DNA from: Halobacteriales archaeon
GTDB taxonomy: Archaea; Halobacteriota; Halobacteria; Halobacteriales; Halorutilaceae
Reading direction: 5' to 3'
Assembly: GCA_046545855.1 (NCBI GenBank)
Contig: JBKGYY010000001.1
Location: forward strand, 28,305 to 60,304
Length of the DNA: 32,000 nucleotides
This document shows, piece after piece, positions 1 through 10,908 of this stretch (position 1 is its first letter; each line of letters begins with the position of its first letter). The position numbers were made by a program, and so were the translations under genes. The notes under the pieces were generated by a model. It worked only from the letters and a program-made list of their open reading frames with translations. It was not told the origin of the DNA and searched no databases.

Positions 1-114
1 GAGGCGAAGAGAGACGACGAAGAAGACGAGGACGAGACCGAGGGAGACGACGGAGACGAAAGCGAGGACGAGACCGAGGAGAGAGAAGACGAGGAGATCG
101 AGGCGAGCACCTGA
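1..114 (+). CDS. 3' end of an upstream CDS (partial). Probably RNA polymerase subunit B'' by operon position. It ends in an extremely acidic low-complexity tail.
   Basis: Frame 1 is open from base 1 to TGA at 112-114 and translates to EAKRDDEEDEDETEGDDGDESEDETEEREDEEIEAST (24 of 37 residues are D/E). It lies 12 nt upstream of rpoB1. Identity as rpoB2 is inferred only from the conserved rpoH-B''-B'-A'-A'' order. Confidence 0.4.
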   Translation, partial: EAKRDDEEDEDETEGDDGDESEDETEEREDEEIEAST

Positions 115-119
115 GGTGA
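113..119 (+). promoter_or_regulatory. Shine-Dalgarno site for rpoB1
   Basis: GAGGTGA lies 7 nt upstream of ATG 127. The same motif recurs before rpoA2 (4629-4636, GGAGGTGA) and coxD (26186-26192). Confidence 0.6.
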
Positions 120-126
120 CAACTAC

Positions 127-1941
127 ATGAAGTCAAAGGTATACGTGGACGGAAGCCTCGTGGGAACCCACGAGGACCCGGAGAAGCTGATGGACAGTCT
201 GAAGCTCGCCCGCAGGAGGGGCGAGGTCAGCGACCAGGTAAACGTCTCGATGGACCAGCGCACCCGGGAGGTGTTCGTCGAGACGGGTCCGGGCAGGGCG
301 CGTCGGCCGCTCATCGTCGTAGAGGACGGCGAACCGTTGCTCGAGCAGGAGCACGTCGAGATGCTGGAGGACGGCGACATAGAGTTCGACGACCTCGTGG
401 ACGCCGGCCTGGTGGAGTACATCGACGCCAACGAGGAGGGCGACGTCCTCGTCGCGGTGCACGAGGACGAGCTTACGGAGGACCACACTCACCTGGAGCT
501 GGAGCCGTCGCTCATACTCGGTATAGGCGCGGGCATGATACCGTATCCCGAGCACAACGCCTCGCCGCGTATAACGATGGGGGCGGGCATGGTGAAGCAG
601 TGTCTCGGTCTGCCGAGCGCGAACTACCGCGTGAGGGCGGACACCCAGAGCCACCTTCTGCACTACCCGGAGAAGCCGATGGTGAAGACCCAGACGAGCG
701 ACGTCATCAACTTCGACGAACGTCCCGCGGGCCAGAACTTCGTCGTCGCAGTCATGAGCTACGAGGGCTTCAACATAGAGGACGCCCTCGTACTCAACCG
801 CGGCTCCGTCGAACGCGGACTCGCTCGCTCTCACTTCTTCAGGACGTACGAGGGCGAAGGCCGGCACTACCCCGGCGGACAGAAAGACAGGTTCGAGATA
901 CCCGAAGACGACGTCAGAGGCCACCGGGGAGAGGGCGCATACGTCGACCTCGACGAAGACGGTCTCGCGAACCCCGAGACACCCGTCGAAGGCAACTCCG
1001 TGCTGATAGGCAAGACGTCGCCGCCCCGCTTCCTCGAGGAACCCGACGACATGGGCGGCATCACGCCCCAGAAACGCAGGGAGACGAGCGTCACCGTGCG
1101 CTCGAACGAGGAAGGCATCGTCGACACCGTGATCTTCATGGAGAACGAGGAAGGCAACAAGATAGCCAAGGTCCGCGTCCGCGACCAACGCGTGCCGGAA
1201 CTCGGAGACAAGTTCGCGTCACGCCACGGCCAGAAGGGCGTTACAGGCCACCTGGCTAGCCAGGAGGACATGCCGTTCACCAAGGACGGCGTCGTCCCCG
1301 ACCTCATAATCAACCCTCACGCGCTGCCGTCGCGTATGACCGTCGGCCACGTGCTGGAGATGCTCGGAGGCAAGGTCGGCGCGCTCGAAGGACGACGCGT
1401 CGACGGCACCGCGTTCTCCGGAGAGGACGAGGACGAGATGAGGGAGTCGCTCGAACGAAGGGGATTCAAACACAGCGGCAAGGAGGAGATGTACAGCGGC
1501 GTCACCGGCGAGAAGATAGACGCAGACGTCTACACCGGCGTCATCATGTACCAGAAGCTCCACCACATGGTCTCGAACAAGATACACGCTCGCTCTCACG
1601 GCCCCGTCCAGGTGCTAACGAGGCAGCCGACCGAGGGACGTGCGCGTGAAGGCGGCCTCCGTATCGGAGAGATGGAGCGCGACGTCCTCATCGGACACGG
1701 CGCGGCTCTCACTCTGAAGGACCGGTTGCTCGACGAGAGCGACAGGGAGTTCATCTACATCTGCGGCGAGTGCGGCATGACGGGCGCCGAAGACGTGCGT
1801 CAGAACCGCGTCTACTGCCAGAGCTGCGGCGAGGAGAGCGACATACACAGAGTCGAGATGAGCTACGCCTTCAAGCTCCTGCTCGACGAGATGAGGTCGC
1901 TCGGAATAGCTCCTCGACTCAAGCTGGAGGACGCAGTATGA
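127..1941 (+). CDS. rpoB1: DNA-directed RNA polymerase subunit B' (C-terminal half of split subunit B)
   Basis: 604-aa ORF with conserved RpoB C-terminal blocks ([75 protein letters not shown]) and a C-terminal Cys4 cluster (CGECG...CQSCG). Confidence 0.96.
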   Translation: MKSKVYVDGSLVGTHEDPEKLMDSLKLARRRGEVSDQVNVSMDQRTREVFVETGPGRARRPLIVVEDGEPLLEQEHVEMLEDGDIEFDDLVDAGLVEYIDANEEGDVLVAVHEDELTEDHTHLELEPSLILGIGAGMIPYPEHNASPRITMGAGMVKQCLGLPSANYRVRADTQSHLLHYPEKPMVKTQTSDVINFDERPAGQNFVVAVMSYEGFNIEDALVLNRGSVERGLARSHFFRTYEGEGRHYPGGQKDRFEIPEDDVRGHRGEGAYVDLDEDGLANPETPVEGNSVLIGKTSPPRFLEEPDDMGGITPQKRRETSVTVRSNEEGIVDTVIFMENEEGNKIAKVRVRDQRVPELGDKFASRHGQKGVTGHLASQEDMPFTKDGVVPDLIINPHALPSRMTVGHVLEMLGGKVGALEGRRVDGTAFSGEDEDEMRESLERRGFKHSGKEEMYSGVTGEKIDADVYTGVIMYQKLHHMVSNKIHARSHGPVQVLTRQPTEGRAREGGLRIGEMERDVLIGHGAALTLKDRLLDESDREFIYICGECGMTGAEDVRQNRVYCQSCGEESDIHRVEMSYAFKLLLDEMRSLGIAPRLKLEDAV

Positions 1942-4643
1942 GCATGTCGACGCCCAAGACCATCGAGTCGATAGAGTTCGGGTTGATGAGCCCGGAGGAG
2001 TACCGCAACATGTCGGTTACGAAGATAATCACGGCCGACACGTACGACGACGACGGCTTCCCCATCGACATGGGGTTGATGGACCCACGTCTCGGCGTCA
2101 TAGACCCCGGCTTGCAGTGCAAGACGTGCGGCAAGCGCAGCGGCCGGTGCGAGGGTCACTTCGGACACATCGAACTAGCCGCACCCGTCGTACACCCGGG
2201 TTTCAGCAAGCTGATACGCCGGCTGCTCAGAGGCACGTGTCACGAATGCGCCCGGCTGCTGCTCGACGAGGAACAGCAGGATGAGTACCTCGAACGGATA
2301 GAGACGGCGCGCGAGCTAGAGCAGGACCTCAGCGACGTCATGAAGGCCGCCATCCGTACGGCAAGGAAGTCGTCGACCTGTCCGTACTGCGAGGCCGAGC
2401 AGAAGGAGGTCAAGCACGACAAGCCGACGACGTACTACGAGGACGGCCAGAAGCTCATGCCGAGCGACGTGCGCGACAGGTTCGAGCGCATACCCGACGA
2501 CGACCTCCGCGTGCTCGGAATGAACGCCGAGCGCATGCGTCCCGAGTGGATGATACTCACCGTGCTACCCGTCCCGCCGGTGACAGCGCGGCCGTCGATA
2601 ACTCTCGACAGCGGCCAGCGCTCCGAAGACGACCTCACGCACAAGCTCGTCGACATCATCCGCATCAACCAGCGGTTCATGGAGAACCGCGAGGCCGGCT
2701 CGCCACAGCTGATAATAGAGGACCTGTGGGAGCTACTGCAGTACCACGTGACGACGTTCGTCGACAACGAGATAAGCGGCACGCCGCCGGCACACCACCG
2801 TAGCGGCCGGCCGCTCAAGACGCTGAGCCAGCGTCTCAAGGGCAAGGAAGGCCGGTTCCGGGGCTCGCTCAGCGGCAAACGCGTCAACTACTCGTCGCGC
2901 ACCGTGATATCGCCCGACCCCACGATATCCGTCAACGAGGTAGGCGTGCCGGAGTCGATAGCCAAGGAGATGACGCAGAAGGTCAAGGTCACCAAGAACA
3001 ACATCGACGAGATAGTCGAGTACGTCCGCCGGGGGCCCGACGAACACCCGGGGGCGAACTACGTGAAGCGCGCCGACGGCCGGCGTCTGAAGGTCAAGGA
3101 GAAGAACTCCGAGGAGCTAGCCGAGCGGATGCTGACTCCTAAGGGCGCCGGCCCTACAGGAGACGACGAGGAGGAGGACGTCGAAGCCGGAGTCGACTAC
3201 GACACCGAGGAAGGCGAGCCCGTCGGCCTCGGCTGGACCGTCGAACGTCACCTGAAGGACGGCGACATAGTGCTGTTCAACCGGCAGCCTTCGCTCCACA
3301 GGATGTCTATGATGGCTCACGAGGTCGTCGTCATGCCGTACAAGACGTTCCGGCTGAACACGACGGTCTGCCCGCCGTACAACGCCGACTTCGACGGCGA
3401 CGAGATGAACATGCACGTGCTCCAGAGCGAGGAAGCTCTCGCGGAAGCCGAGGTATTGATGAAGGTCCAGGAGCACATCCTGTCTCCGCGTTTCGGAGGC
3501 CCGATAATCGGAGCGATACAGGACCACATCAGCGGAACCTACCTGTTGACCCACGAGGAGGAGACTTTCGACGAGAGCCAGGCGCACGACCTGCTGCGGA
3601 AGACCAGCGTGGCCGAGCTACCCGAGCCCGACGTCGCCGAAGAAGACGAGTACTGGTACGGCGACACCCTGTTCAGCCTCCTGCTTCCCGACGGCCTCGA
3701 CATGGAGTTCGAGTCGAGCGCCGGCGACACCGTCGTCATCGAGGACGGCGTGCTCGTCGAGGGAACGATAGACGAGGACGCCGTCGGCTCGTTCGTCGGC
3801 GAAGTCGTCGAGAAGATAGCGAAGACCTACGGTCAGGACCGCACCGCGATGTTCATAGACGACGTCAGCGCGCTCGCAATCCGGTCGATAATGCACTTCG
3901 GTTTCTCGTTCGGCATCAGCGATGAGGACCTGCCGGAGGAGGCGCGAGAGGAGATAGACCGCTCGATAGAGGAGGCCGAGGAAGAGGTCGAACAGCTGAT
4001 AGACACGTACGAACGAGGCGAGCTGGAGTCGCTGCCCGGCAGGTCGCTCGAGGAGACGCTCGAGATGCGTATCATGCAGACGCTCGGTAAAGCGAGGGAC
4101 AGCGCGGGCGAGATAGCCGAGCAGTACCTCGAGGACGACAACCCCGGCGTCGTGATGGCGGAGTCGGGCGCCAGGGGTTCGATACTCAACCTCACGCAGA
4201 TGGCGGGCTGCGTCGGACAGCAGGCGGTGCGCGGCGAGCGCATCAACCGGGGTTACGAGGACCGGACGCTGTCGCACTTCAAGGAAGACGACCTCAGCGC
4301 CGACGCCCGTGGCTTCGTCCGCCACAGCTACAAGGAGGGACTCGAACCCAAGGAGTTCTTCTTCCACGCGATGGGTGGCCGCGAGGGACTCGTCGACACC
4401 GCCGTGCGGACGTCGAAGAGCGGCTACCTCCAGCGCCGGCTGATCAACGCGCTCCAGGAGCTCGAAGCCCAGTACGACGGCACGGTGCGCAACAGCGAGA
4501 ACGACATCGTCCAGTTCGAGTACGGTGAAGACGGCACCGACCCGATGAAGATGCCGAAGGACGACGTGGTCGACGTCGACGCCATAGTCGACCGCGTTCT
4601 CGAAGCCGAGTTCGACGAAGCGACCGCGGGAGGTGACGACTGA
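1938..4643 (+). CDS. rpoA1: DNA-directed RNA polymerase subunit A'
   Basis: I place the start at ATG 1938, giving an ATGA overlap with the rpoB1 stop, with GGAGG at 1926-1930. The track ORF starts at 1770 inside rpoB1. Motifs seen: zinc site [24 protein letters not shown], the catalytic [10 protein letters not shown], and [16 protein letters not shown]. Confidence 0.95.
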   Translation: MSMSTPKTIESIEFGLMSPEEYRNMSVTKIITADTYDDDGFPIDMGLMDPRLGVIDPGLQCKTCGKRSGRCEGHFGHIELAAPVVHPGFSKLIRRLLRGTCHECARLLLDEEQQDEYLERIETARELEQDLSDVMKAAIRTARKSSTCPYCEAEQKEVKHDKPTTYYEDGQKLMPSDVRDRFERIPDDDLRVLGMNAERMRPEWMILTVLPVPPVTARPSITLDSGQRSEDDLTHKLVDIIRINQRFMENREAGSPQLIIEDLWELLQYHVTTFVDNEISGTPPAHHRSGRPLKTLSQRLKGKEGRFRGSLSGKRVNYSSRTVISPDPTISVNEVGVPESIAKEMTQKVKVTKNNIDEIVEYVRRGPDEHPGANYVKRADGRRLKVKEKNSEELAERMLTPKGAGPTGDDEEEDVEAGVDYDTEEGEPVGLGWTVERHLKDGDIVLFNRQPSLHRMSMMAHEVVVMPYKTFRLNTTVCPPYNADFDGDEMNMHVLQSEEALAEAEVLMKVQEHILSPRFGGPIIGAIQDHISGTYLLTHEEETFDESQAHDLLRKTSVAELPEPDVAEEDEYWYGDTLFSLLLPDGLDMEFESSAGDTVVIEDGVLVEGTIDEDAVGSFVGEVVEKIAKTYGQDRTAMFIDDVSALAIRSIMHFGFSFGISDEDLPEEAREEIDRSIEEAEEEVEQLIDTYERGELESLPGRSLEETLEMRIMQTLGKARDSAGEIAEQYLEDDNPGVVMAESGARGSILNLTQMAGCVGQQAVRGERINRGYEDRTLSHFKEDDLSADARGFVRHSYKEGLEPKEFFFHAMGGREGLVDTAVRTSKSGYLQRRLINALQELEAQYDGTVRNSENDIVQFEYGEDGTDPMKMPKDDVVDVDAIVDRVLEAEFDEATAGGDD

Positions 4644-5791
4644 TGTCGAGCGAAGCGCTCGAGGAACGTCTCGAGGACAGCGAGCTACCCGAGCGCCTGC
4701 GAGAGGAGGTCCGAGAGGTCGTGGAGGAACGCGGTCTCGACGACGAAAAGGCTTCCGCGGTCGTCGACGCCGTGTTCGAGCGATACGAGTCCACGAGGAT
4801 AGACCCGCTCGAACCCGTGGGCACCGTGAGCGCTCAGTCGATAGGCGAGCCGGGGACGCAGATGACGATGAACACGTTCCACTACGCCGGAGTCGCCGAG
4901 ATAGACGTCACCCAGGGTCTCCCGCGCCTCATCGAGATAGTCGACGCGAGGAAGACGCCGGACACGCCGATGATGACCGTCTACCTCGACGAAGACCACG
5001 CGAGCGACCGCGACAGCGCTCGCGAGGTCGTCTGGAAGATAGAGGCGACCGAGGTGCTCGACATAGGCGACCTGTCGGTCGACGTCGCCGAGATGCACGT
5101 GTCGCTCGACCTAGACGACGAAGCCCTCGACGACCGCGATCTATCGCGCGAAAGCGTCGCCGAAACCATCGAGGACGAACTCGGCGTCGAGGTCGACGTC
5201 GACGAAATGTCGTTCGGTCCCTCGGAGCCGTCGTACCGCGAGCTGCTTCAGCTGGTGGAGGAGCTACGCGAGGTGGTTTTCAAGGGCATAGACGGAATCG
5301 AGCGCGTCGTCGTGAGGAAGGAGGACCTCGACGACGGAGAGGAGTTCGTGCTCTACACGGAGGGCTCGAAGTTCAAGAAGGTGCTCAAGGTAGAAGGCGT
5401 CGACTCCACGAGGACGCGGACCAACAACCTCCACGAGATGGAGAAGGCGCTCGGCATCGAGGCCGCGCGCAACGTCATAGTCGAGGAGATAGTCAGTACG
5501 CTGGGCGAGCAGGGTCTCGAGGTCGACATCCGTCACGTGATGCTCGTCGCCGACGCCATGACGACGACGGGCGAGATACAGTCGATAGGACGTCACGGTA
5601 TCTCGGGCGCCAAGGGAAGCGTGCTGTCGCGCGCGGCGTTCGAGGTCACCGTCAACCACCTGCTCGACGCCGCAGTCCACGGAGAGGACGACGACCTAGA
5701 CGGAGTCACGGAGAACGTCATCGTCGGTCAGCCTATCAAGATAGGTACGGGTGACGTCGAACTCAAGGTCGGCAAGCCCGGAGAGGACTGA
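4643..5791 (+). CDS. rpoA2: DNA-directed RNA polymerase subunit A''
   Basis: 382-aa ORF. A TGATG stop/start overlap with rpoA1 and GGAGGTGA at 4629-4636. Conserved trigger-loop region: [32 protein letters not shown]. Confidence 0.95.
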   Translation: MSSEALEERLEDSELPERLREEVREVVEERGLDDEKASAVVDAVFERYESTRIDPLEPVGTVSAQSIGEPGTQMTMNTFHYAGVAEIDVTQGLPRLIEIVDARKTPDTPMMTVYLDEDHASDRDSAREVVWKIEATEVLDIGDLSVDVAEMHVSLDLDDEALDDRDLSRESVAETIEDELGVEVDVDEMSFGPSEPSYRELLQLVEELREVVFKGIDGIERVVVRKEDLDDGEEFVLYTEGSKFKKVLKVEGVDSTRTRTNNLHEMEKALGIEAARNVIVEEIVSTLGEQGLEVDIRHVMLVADAMTTTGEIQSIGRHGISGAKGSVLSRAAFEVTVNHLLDAAVHGEDDDLDGVTENVIVGQPIKIGTGDVELKVGKPGED

Positions 5792-5814
5792 GCTCCGGGG
5801 GACGCGTAGGTTCG

Positions 5815-7104
5815 ATGGAGCTGTTCGACCTGGCTCGCGACGTGCTTGCGGAGGGCGAGGTATGCGACCACTGTCTCGGTAGGCGTTTCGCGAGCCTGTC
5901 TCACGGCCTCGGTAACGACGAACGCGGGCGAGCGCTACGTGTCGCCGTGGCGCTCGACGACGACGTCGAGTTCGAGCGACCGGAGGGATGCTGGGTGTGC
6001 GACGGCGTCTTCGACGACGTCGACGTCTGGGCCGGCCGCGTCGTCGAGGCCTTCGAAGGCTGGGGTTTCGACGGCTTCCTCGTGGGCACTCGTGTGCCGC
6101 CGTTGATAGAGGAGAACGAACGCCTTCTCGACGAAGTCGTCGGTTCGGAGCACGCCGAGGAGTTCAAGCGCGAGTTCAACCGCGAGGTCGGACGCCGGGT
6201 TGAAGCCGACGTCGACGCCGAAGTCGAGTTCGAGCGCCCGGACGTCGTGGCGCTCCTCGACCTGGCGAGCGACGGCGTCGACCTACAGGTCAACCCGGTC
6301 TTCTACCTCGGCAGATACCGGAAGCTCTCGCGCGACCTGCCTCAGACTAACTGGACGTGTCACTCGTGCGACGGCACGGGCTCGGTCGACGACGTCGAGT
6401 GCGACGTCTGCGGTGGCTCGGGCAGCCCGTACGACGACAGCGTCGAAGGCTACGTCGCGCCCGCGTTCCTCGGTGCGACGGAAGGCACCGAAGCCGTGTT
6501 CCACGGCGCCGGACGCGAGGACGTCGACGCGAGGATGCTCGGCCGGGGGCGTCCGTTCGTGCTCGAGGTCAAGAGGCCTCGACATCGGGACGTGGATCTC
6601 GACGCCGTCGAACGCGAGATAGCGGAGCACAGCGACGGCGCGGTCGAGGTCACGGGACTCCGTCGTGTCGAGGGAACCGCGGTAGAGGAGGTCAAGAGAG
6701 GTGACGCCGACAAACGGTACGCGGCGTACGTCGAGTTCGGCGAAGCCGTAGACGCCGGCGCTCTCGACGACGCTCTCTCGTCGCTCGCCGGCGAAGTCGC
6801 GCAGAGGACGCCTTGGCGCGTCGAACACAGGCGGGCGGACCGCACGCGCGAGAGAAGGGTTCACGAGATCGTGGGTCATCCGATAGACGACGTCGACCCG
6901 GACGCCGATCACGACGCGGTCGACGAGTCGAGGTACGCGTACGTCGAGGTGGAGGCCGAGGGCGGTCTCTACGTCAAGGAGCTGGTCTCGGGCGACGAGG
7001 GCAGGACGAGTCCGTCGCTCGCGGGTCTTCTCGGTGTCGACGCCTCGGTCGTCGCGTTAGACGTCCTCGACGTGGACCTGGATCTCGACGAAGTATCGGG
7101 CTGA
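5815..7104 (+). CDS. pus10: tRNA pseudouridine synthase Pus10 (psi54/psi55), zinc-ribbon + THUMP + catalytic domain
   Basis: 429 aa. N-terminal CDHCLGRRF...CWVCDG Cys4 motif, the conserved GRYRKLSRDLPQTNW block and a GREDVDARMLGRGRPFVLEV catalytic-domain block. It starts 23 nt after rpoA2. Confidence 0.8.
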   Translation: MELFDLARDVLAEGEVCDHCLGRRFASLSHGLGNDERGRALRVAVALDDDVEFERPEGCWVCDGVFDDVDVWAGRVVEAFEGWGFDGFLVGTRVPPLIEENERLLDEVVGSEHAEEFKREFNREVGRRVEADVDAEVEFERPDVVALLDLASDGVDLQVNPVFYLGRYRKLSRDLPQTNWTCHSCDGTGSVDDVECDVCGGSGSPYDDSVEGYVAPAFLGATEGTEAVFHGAGREDVDARMLGRGRPFVLEVKRPRHRDVDLDAVEREIAEHSDGAVEVTGLRRVEGTAVEEVKRGDADKRYAAYVEFGEAVDAGALDDALSSLAGEVAQRTPWRVEHRRADRTRERRVHEIVGHPIDDVDPDADHDAVDESRYAYVEVEAEGGLYVKELVSGDEGRTSPSLAGLLGVDASVVALDVLDVDLDLDEVSG

Positions 7105-7136
7105 GGTGGGTCGTCTGTGTGTATGGCGCGGCTCGG

Positions 7137-7146
7137 TTATTTGGTT
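7137..7146 (+). terminator. Candidate oligo-T terminator after the rpo-pus10 unit
   Basis: TTATTTGGTT is the only T-rich stretch in the GC-rich spacer downstream of the pus10 stop (7104). Confidence 0.25.
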
Positions 7147-7254
7147 CTCGTTCACGCTCGGGCTCGGTGGGGGTAACCTGTCGTCATCGCCGCGGACGTA
7201 AGACGGTGGCGCGCGCCCTAAAACCCCACGGGAACCGGGTTGCTCCGGGCACAC

Positions 7255-7262
7255 GTTTATCC
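7255..7262 (+). promoter_or_regulatory. TATA-like box for the acyl-CoA synthetase gene (leaderless)
   Basis: GTTTATCC is centred about 27 nt upstream of ATG 7286. It is an AT-rich island in GC-rich spacer. Confidence 0.5.
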
Positions 7263-7285
7263 AAGCCGGCGTGGTAGGCGGCTGC

Positions 7286-8959
7286 ATGGAACACCTCGAC
7301 GGACGCCCTCTCGAGCACGTCGGCGAGATAACCCGGATGGGCGGCCTGCGGTATCCCGAGCGCCGCGCGGTGGCGAGCGCGGGCGGCATGGGCGAGCGGT
7401 CGTACGGCGAACTCGACGAACGGAGCGACCGACTCGCGCATTTGCTCCGTGACGTCGGCGTGGAACCCGGCGACCGAGTGGCGCTCTACCTCCCGAACAC
7501 GCTGGAGTTCCCGGAGAGCTACTTCGCGGTCACGAAGGCCGGCGGCGTCGTCGTGCCTCTGAACCTCATGCTCGACGACCGTAGCATCCGGTACGTCGTC
7601 GACGACGCCGGCGTCGACGTCGTGATATCGACGCCGTTGCTCGCGGCGGGCGTCGACCGCGACCGAGTCTCGGTGACGGCGCCCCAGGAGCTTTTCGCGG
7701 ACACAGACGTCGAGACGCTCGTCGCCGACGGCCTGACATCCGAGGGACTCGACGTCGTCGGGTACTCGTCGCTCGAAGACCAACCGGAGGAACCTGTTCT
7801 CGAGACGTCGCCCGACGGCCTCGCCGTCCAGATGTACACGAGCGGTACGACGGGGAAGCCGAAGGGCGTCATGCTGTCTCACGACAACGTTCTGTCGGGG
7901 CTGGAGTCGTTCACGAAGACTGCGCCGCGCATCGACCCCGACGACACCGTGCTCGTCGTTCTACCGCTGTTCCACGTCTACGGCCTCAACATTCTGCTCG
8001 GAACCTACCTGTACAGCGGTGGAGAGGTCGTCTTGATGGAGTCGCCGGAACCCCACGCCATCCTGTCGGCGATAGAGGAGTACGAGGTCAGGGCGTTCCC
8101 GACGGTGCCCGCGATACTCCGTATGGTGCTCGACGTCTACGACGAAGACCCCTCGTCGCACGACCTGGGTTCGCTCGAGATGGTGGGTAGCGGCGCGGCG
8201 CCGCTGTCGGAGGACGTCAAGAACCGCGTCGTCGAAGACTGGGGCGTCGTGATGGGCGAGGGATGGGCGATGACGGAGACTGCGGGCGGCGGCACCGTGC
8301 TCCGGCAGGGTAGCGACCTATGGAAGCCCTCGGGCTGTATCGGACGCCCGATGTACGAGATGGAGCTGAAGCTCGTCGACGACGACCGCGAGGTGGTCGT
8401 TCCCGCGGAGGTGCTCGACGCCCGGACTCCGCCGCCTTCGGAGGAGTACGTCGGCGTCGAGGGCGAGATGGCCGTGCGGGGACAGCAGGTGTTCGAGGGC
8501 TACTTCGGTCTGCCGGAGGTGACGGACGAGGTCTTCGACGACGAAGGGTGGTTCTACACGGGCGACGTAGCCGGGGTGGACGAGGACGGCGACCTCTGGA
8601 TTCAGGGGCGGACGGACGACATGATACTGGTGGGCGGCGAGAACGTCTATCCCGAGCAGGTGGAGAACGCGTTGAACGACCACCCGGACGTCGAGGAAGC
8701 AGGTGTCGCCGGCGTGCCTCACGAGGTGAAGGGCGAGGCTCCCGTGGCGTTCGTGGTCGCGCGCGACGGCGCCGGCGTCTCGGAGGAGGGTCTGCGGCGT
8801 TACGCTCTCGAGCGCGTGCCGTCGTACGCTCACCCGCGGCGTGTGTTCTTCGTCGACGAGGTGCCTCGGAGCGCGACGCGGAAGGTCCAGCGTTTCAAGC
8901 TCAGGGAGCGTGGCGAGGAGATGTTGGACGGTGCTCTGGAGTCGAGCGAGAGGCTTTAG
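7286..8959 (+). CDS. AMP-dependent acyl-CoA synthetase/ligase (fatty-acid-CoA ligase family)
   Basis: AMP-binding signature YTSGTTGKPKGVMLSH, plus YTGDVAGVDEDGDLWIQGRTDDMILVGGENVYP and C-terminal RSATRKVQR. ATG 7286 is preferred over the track's GTG 7271 because of TATA spacing. Confidence 0.85.
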   Translation: MEHLDGRPLEHVGEITRMGGLRYPERRAVASAGGMGERSYGELDERSDRLAHLLRDVGVEPGDRVALYLPNTLEFPESYFAVTKAGGVVVPLNLMLDDRSIRYVVDDAGVDVVISTPLLAAGVDRDRVSVTAPQELFADTDVETLVADGLTSEGLDVVGYSSLEDQPEEPVLETSPDGLAVQMYTSGTTGKPKGVMLSHDNVLSGLESFTKTAPRIDPDDTVLVVLPLFHVYGLNILLGTYLYSGGEVVLMESPEPHAILSAIEEYEVRAFPTVPAILRMVLDVYDEDPSSHDLGSLEMVGSGAAPLSEDVKNRVVEDWGVVMGEGWAMTETAGGGTVLRQGSDLWKPSGCIGRPMYEMELKLVDDDREVVVPAEVLDARTPPPSEEYVGVEGEMAVRGQQVFEGYFGLPEVTDEVFDDEGWFYTGDVAGVDEDGDLWIQGRTDDMILVGGENVYPEQVENALNDHPDVEEAGVAGVPHEVKGEAPVAFVVARDGAGVSEEGLRRYALERVPSYAHPRRVFFVDEVPRSATRKVQRFKLRERGEEMLDGALESSERL

Positions 8960-9059
8960 GGCGGAGGCTGAGGCCGCGTCGGAGGCCGGGTTGTGTCTAC
9001 GTCCGTCTGGTGAGGGGTTGACGTCCGTCCCGCGTCGTCGAAAGCTTGATAACCGTGTC

Positions 9060-9067
9060 TTTATAAA
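9060..9067 (+). promoter_or_regulatory. TATA box for the small wHTH gene (leaderless)
   Basis: TTTATAAA is centred about 27 nt upstream of ATG 9091. It is the strongest TATA match in the window. Confidence 0.6.
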
Positions 9068-9090
9068 CTCATTGTTAGAGAAAAACAAGC

Positions 9091-9372
9091 ATGATAGACC
9101 GACTGGAAAAAGAGATAGAGATGCTCGAACGCCACATGACCGTGCTCCGGATGGTCAGGGACAACGAGCCAATAGGCATAGTGAAGATGAGCAACGAAAC
9201 CGGCTACCCACACCACAAGATACGTTACAGCCTGCGCGTCCTCGAGGAAGAAGACCTCATAGAGCCCTCGTCCCAGGGCGCCATCTGCACCGAGAGCACC
9301 GCGGAGTTCCTCGACGAACTGGACGACAAGGTCGACGAACTCGTCGAGAGACTCGAGAACATGAAAGACTGA
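9091..9372 (+). CDS. Small winged-helix DNA-binding protein (putative transcription regulator)
   Basis: 93 aa. The pattern IGIVKMSNETGYPHHKIRYSLRVLEEEDLIEPS looks like HTH plus wing, followed by an acidic helical C-terminus. Codon usage matches neighbouring genes. Confidence 0.6.
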   Translation: MIDRLEKEIEMLERHMTVLRMVRDNEPIGIVKMSNETGYPHHKIRYSLRVLEEEDLIEPSSQGAICTESTAEFLDELDDKVDELVERLENMKD

Positions 9373-9410
9373 CAGAGAGACAATAAAGCCGAAATCGCCC
9401 TCCGGACGGC

Positions 9411-10868
9411 CTACCGGGCGTCGTAGTTCGGTGCCTCGTCGGTTATCATCACGTCGTGCGGGTGGCTCTCGTCCCTGCCGGCGTTCGAGATACGGACGAA
9501 CTCGCCCCGGCTCTTCATCTCGTCAACGGTCGCCGCACCCACGTAGCCCATGCCGCTCCGCAGCCCACCGACGAGCTGGTGGATCTGCTGGGAGACGGGG
9601 CCGCGGTACGGTATCGCTCCCTCGATGCCCTCGGGCACGTACTCCGTCTCGTCCTCCTGGAAGTAACGGTCGCTCGACTCACCCGCCGTCATCGCACCCA
9701 CAGAGCCCATGCCACGGTACTGCTTGTACCGCTTGCCCTGGATCGTGATCGTTCGCCCCGGAGCCTCGTCCGTGCCCGCGAGCAACGAACCCAGCATGAC
9801 GGCGTCTGCGCCGGCGACGACGGCCTTCGCGATGTCGCCCGAGTACCTGATGCCGCCGTCCGCGATCACCGGGACGTCGTACTCCGAGACGACGTCCGCG
9901 ACGCCGGCGACAGCGGTGACCTGAGGCATTCCCGCGCCCGTCACCACGCGAGTAGTACAGATGCTCCCGGGGCCGACGCCCACCTTGACTGCGTCGGCGA
10001 AGCCGACGACGTCCTCCGCGGCCTCCGGCGTCGCCACGTTGCCCACGACGACGTCGGCGTCGACATCGGCGGATATCTCGCGCGCGCCCTCGACGACGTT
10101 GACGTTGTGAGCGTGAGCCGTGTCGACCATCAAGACGTCGGCACCGGCGTCGTCGAGCACCACCGCGCGCTCGACGTCGAAAGGCGACACCGCGGCCGCG
10201 ACCGCCAGCCCGCCGTCGTCGTCGACCACGGCGTCGTCGTGCTCGCGCCGCCGGAGGATGCTGTCCATCGTCACGATACCGACGACCTCGCCGGAGTCCA
10301 CGACAGGCAGACGTTCGACGCGGTGCTCGTGCATTAGCTCGAGCGCCTCGTCCGTCTCGACGTCCTCGGTCACGGTGACGACGTCCTCCGTCATCACCTC
10401 TTTCACGCGGGCGTCCCTCCGGTGGAACAACGTCCTGAGGTCCCTGTTGCTCACTATCCCGACGAGTTCGCCGTCGGACACCACCGGGAGACCCGAGACG
10501 CCCTCGCGATCCATCAAACCGAGGGCGTCGTCGACCGTCGACCCAGGTTCGACGGTGACGACGTCGCGGGTCACCAGGCGGTCGCTGTCCTTCACCTTCT
10601 CTATCTCGCGCGCCTGCGACTCCGCGCTCATGTTCCGGTGTATCGTGCCTAGCCCGCCCTGTCGAGCCATCTCGGCCGCCATCGACGCCTCCGTCACCGT
10701 GTCCATGGCGGCGCTGACCACCGGTACGTTGAGGTCGACAGAAGTCGTCACCCGAGTAGATACGTCGGCGTCGTTGGGCTCGACGTCCGACTCGAGCGGC
10801 CGAAGGAGTACGTCGTCGAACGTCAGAGCTTCGTCGCAGTCGAGCTTGGCCCTGTAGTCCTTCCCCAT
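9411..10868 (-). CDS. guaB: Inosine-5'-monophosphate dehydrogenase with CBS-pair insertion
   Basis: 485 aa. [11 protein letters not shown]-terminus, a tandem CBS region, the catalytic loop [16 protein letters not shown], and [12 protein letters not shown]. Confidence 0.95.
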   Translation of the reverse strand: MGKDYRAKLDCDEALTFDDVLLRPLESDVEPNDADVSTRVTTSVDLNVPVVSAAMDTVTEASMAAEMARQGGLGTIHRNMSAESQAREIEKVKDSDRLVTRDVVTVEPGSTVDDALGLMDREGVSGLPVVSDGELVGIVSNRDLRTLFHRRDARVKEVMTEDVVTVTEDVETDEALELMHEHRVERLPVVDSGEVVGIVTMDSILRRREHDDAVVDDDGGLAVAAAVSPFDVERAVVLDDAGADVLMVDTAHAHNVNVVEGAREISADVDADVVVGNVATPEAAEDVVGFADAVKVGVGPGSICTTRVVTGAGMPQVTAVAGVADVVSEYDVPVIADGGIRYSGDIAKAVVAGADAVMLGSLLAGTDEAPGRTITIQGKRYKQYRGMGSVGAMTAGESSDRYFQEDETEYVPEGIEGAIPYRGPVSQQIHQLVGGLRSGMGYVGAATVDEMKSRGEFVRISNAGRDESHPHDVMITDEAPNYDAR

Positions 10869-10887
10869 ATAAACCGAATGCCCGGTC

Positions 10888-10897
10888 GGCTTAAAAC
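10888..10897 (-). promoter_or_regulatory. TATA-like box for guaB (leaderless)
   Basis: The minus strand reads GGTTTTAAGCC, centred about 25 nt upstream of ATG at 10868. Confidence 0.5.
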
Positions 10898-10908
10898 CGT
10901 GTCGCTTC

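Noticed and set aside
133-1313. Long ORFs antisense to or out of frame with rpoB1 (351 aa on the minus strand, 219 aa on the plus strand, 148 aa on the minus strand).
   Set aside because: Their translations are Arg/Val/His-rich or Ser/Pro-rich with no motifs. They fully overlap a gene with unmistakable RpoB signatures, which is the typical stop-codon-poor shadow-frame artefact of high-GC DNA.
1770-1937. 5' extension of the rpoA1 track ORF into rpoB1.
   Set aside because: The extension is Arg-rich and overlaps the rpoB1 C-terminus. ATG 1938, with its upstream GGAGG and ATGA overlap, gives the conserved RpoA' N-terminus (..[13 protein letters not shown]).
4633-5754. 373-aa plus-strand ORF overlapping rpoA2 in another frame.
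   Set aside because: It is a poly-Arg/Gly/Asp composition (RGRRRR...), whereas the +1 frame carries the conserved RpoA'' sequence. It is a shadow ORF.
6358-6423. DnaJ-like tandem CxxCxGxG motifs (CHSCDGTG...CDVCGGSG) inside Pus10 as a possible novel insertion.
   Set aside because: The motifs follow the conserved LPQTNW block, where I believe archaeal Pus10 proteins often carry a second Cys cluster. Without an alignment I cannot claim this is unusual.
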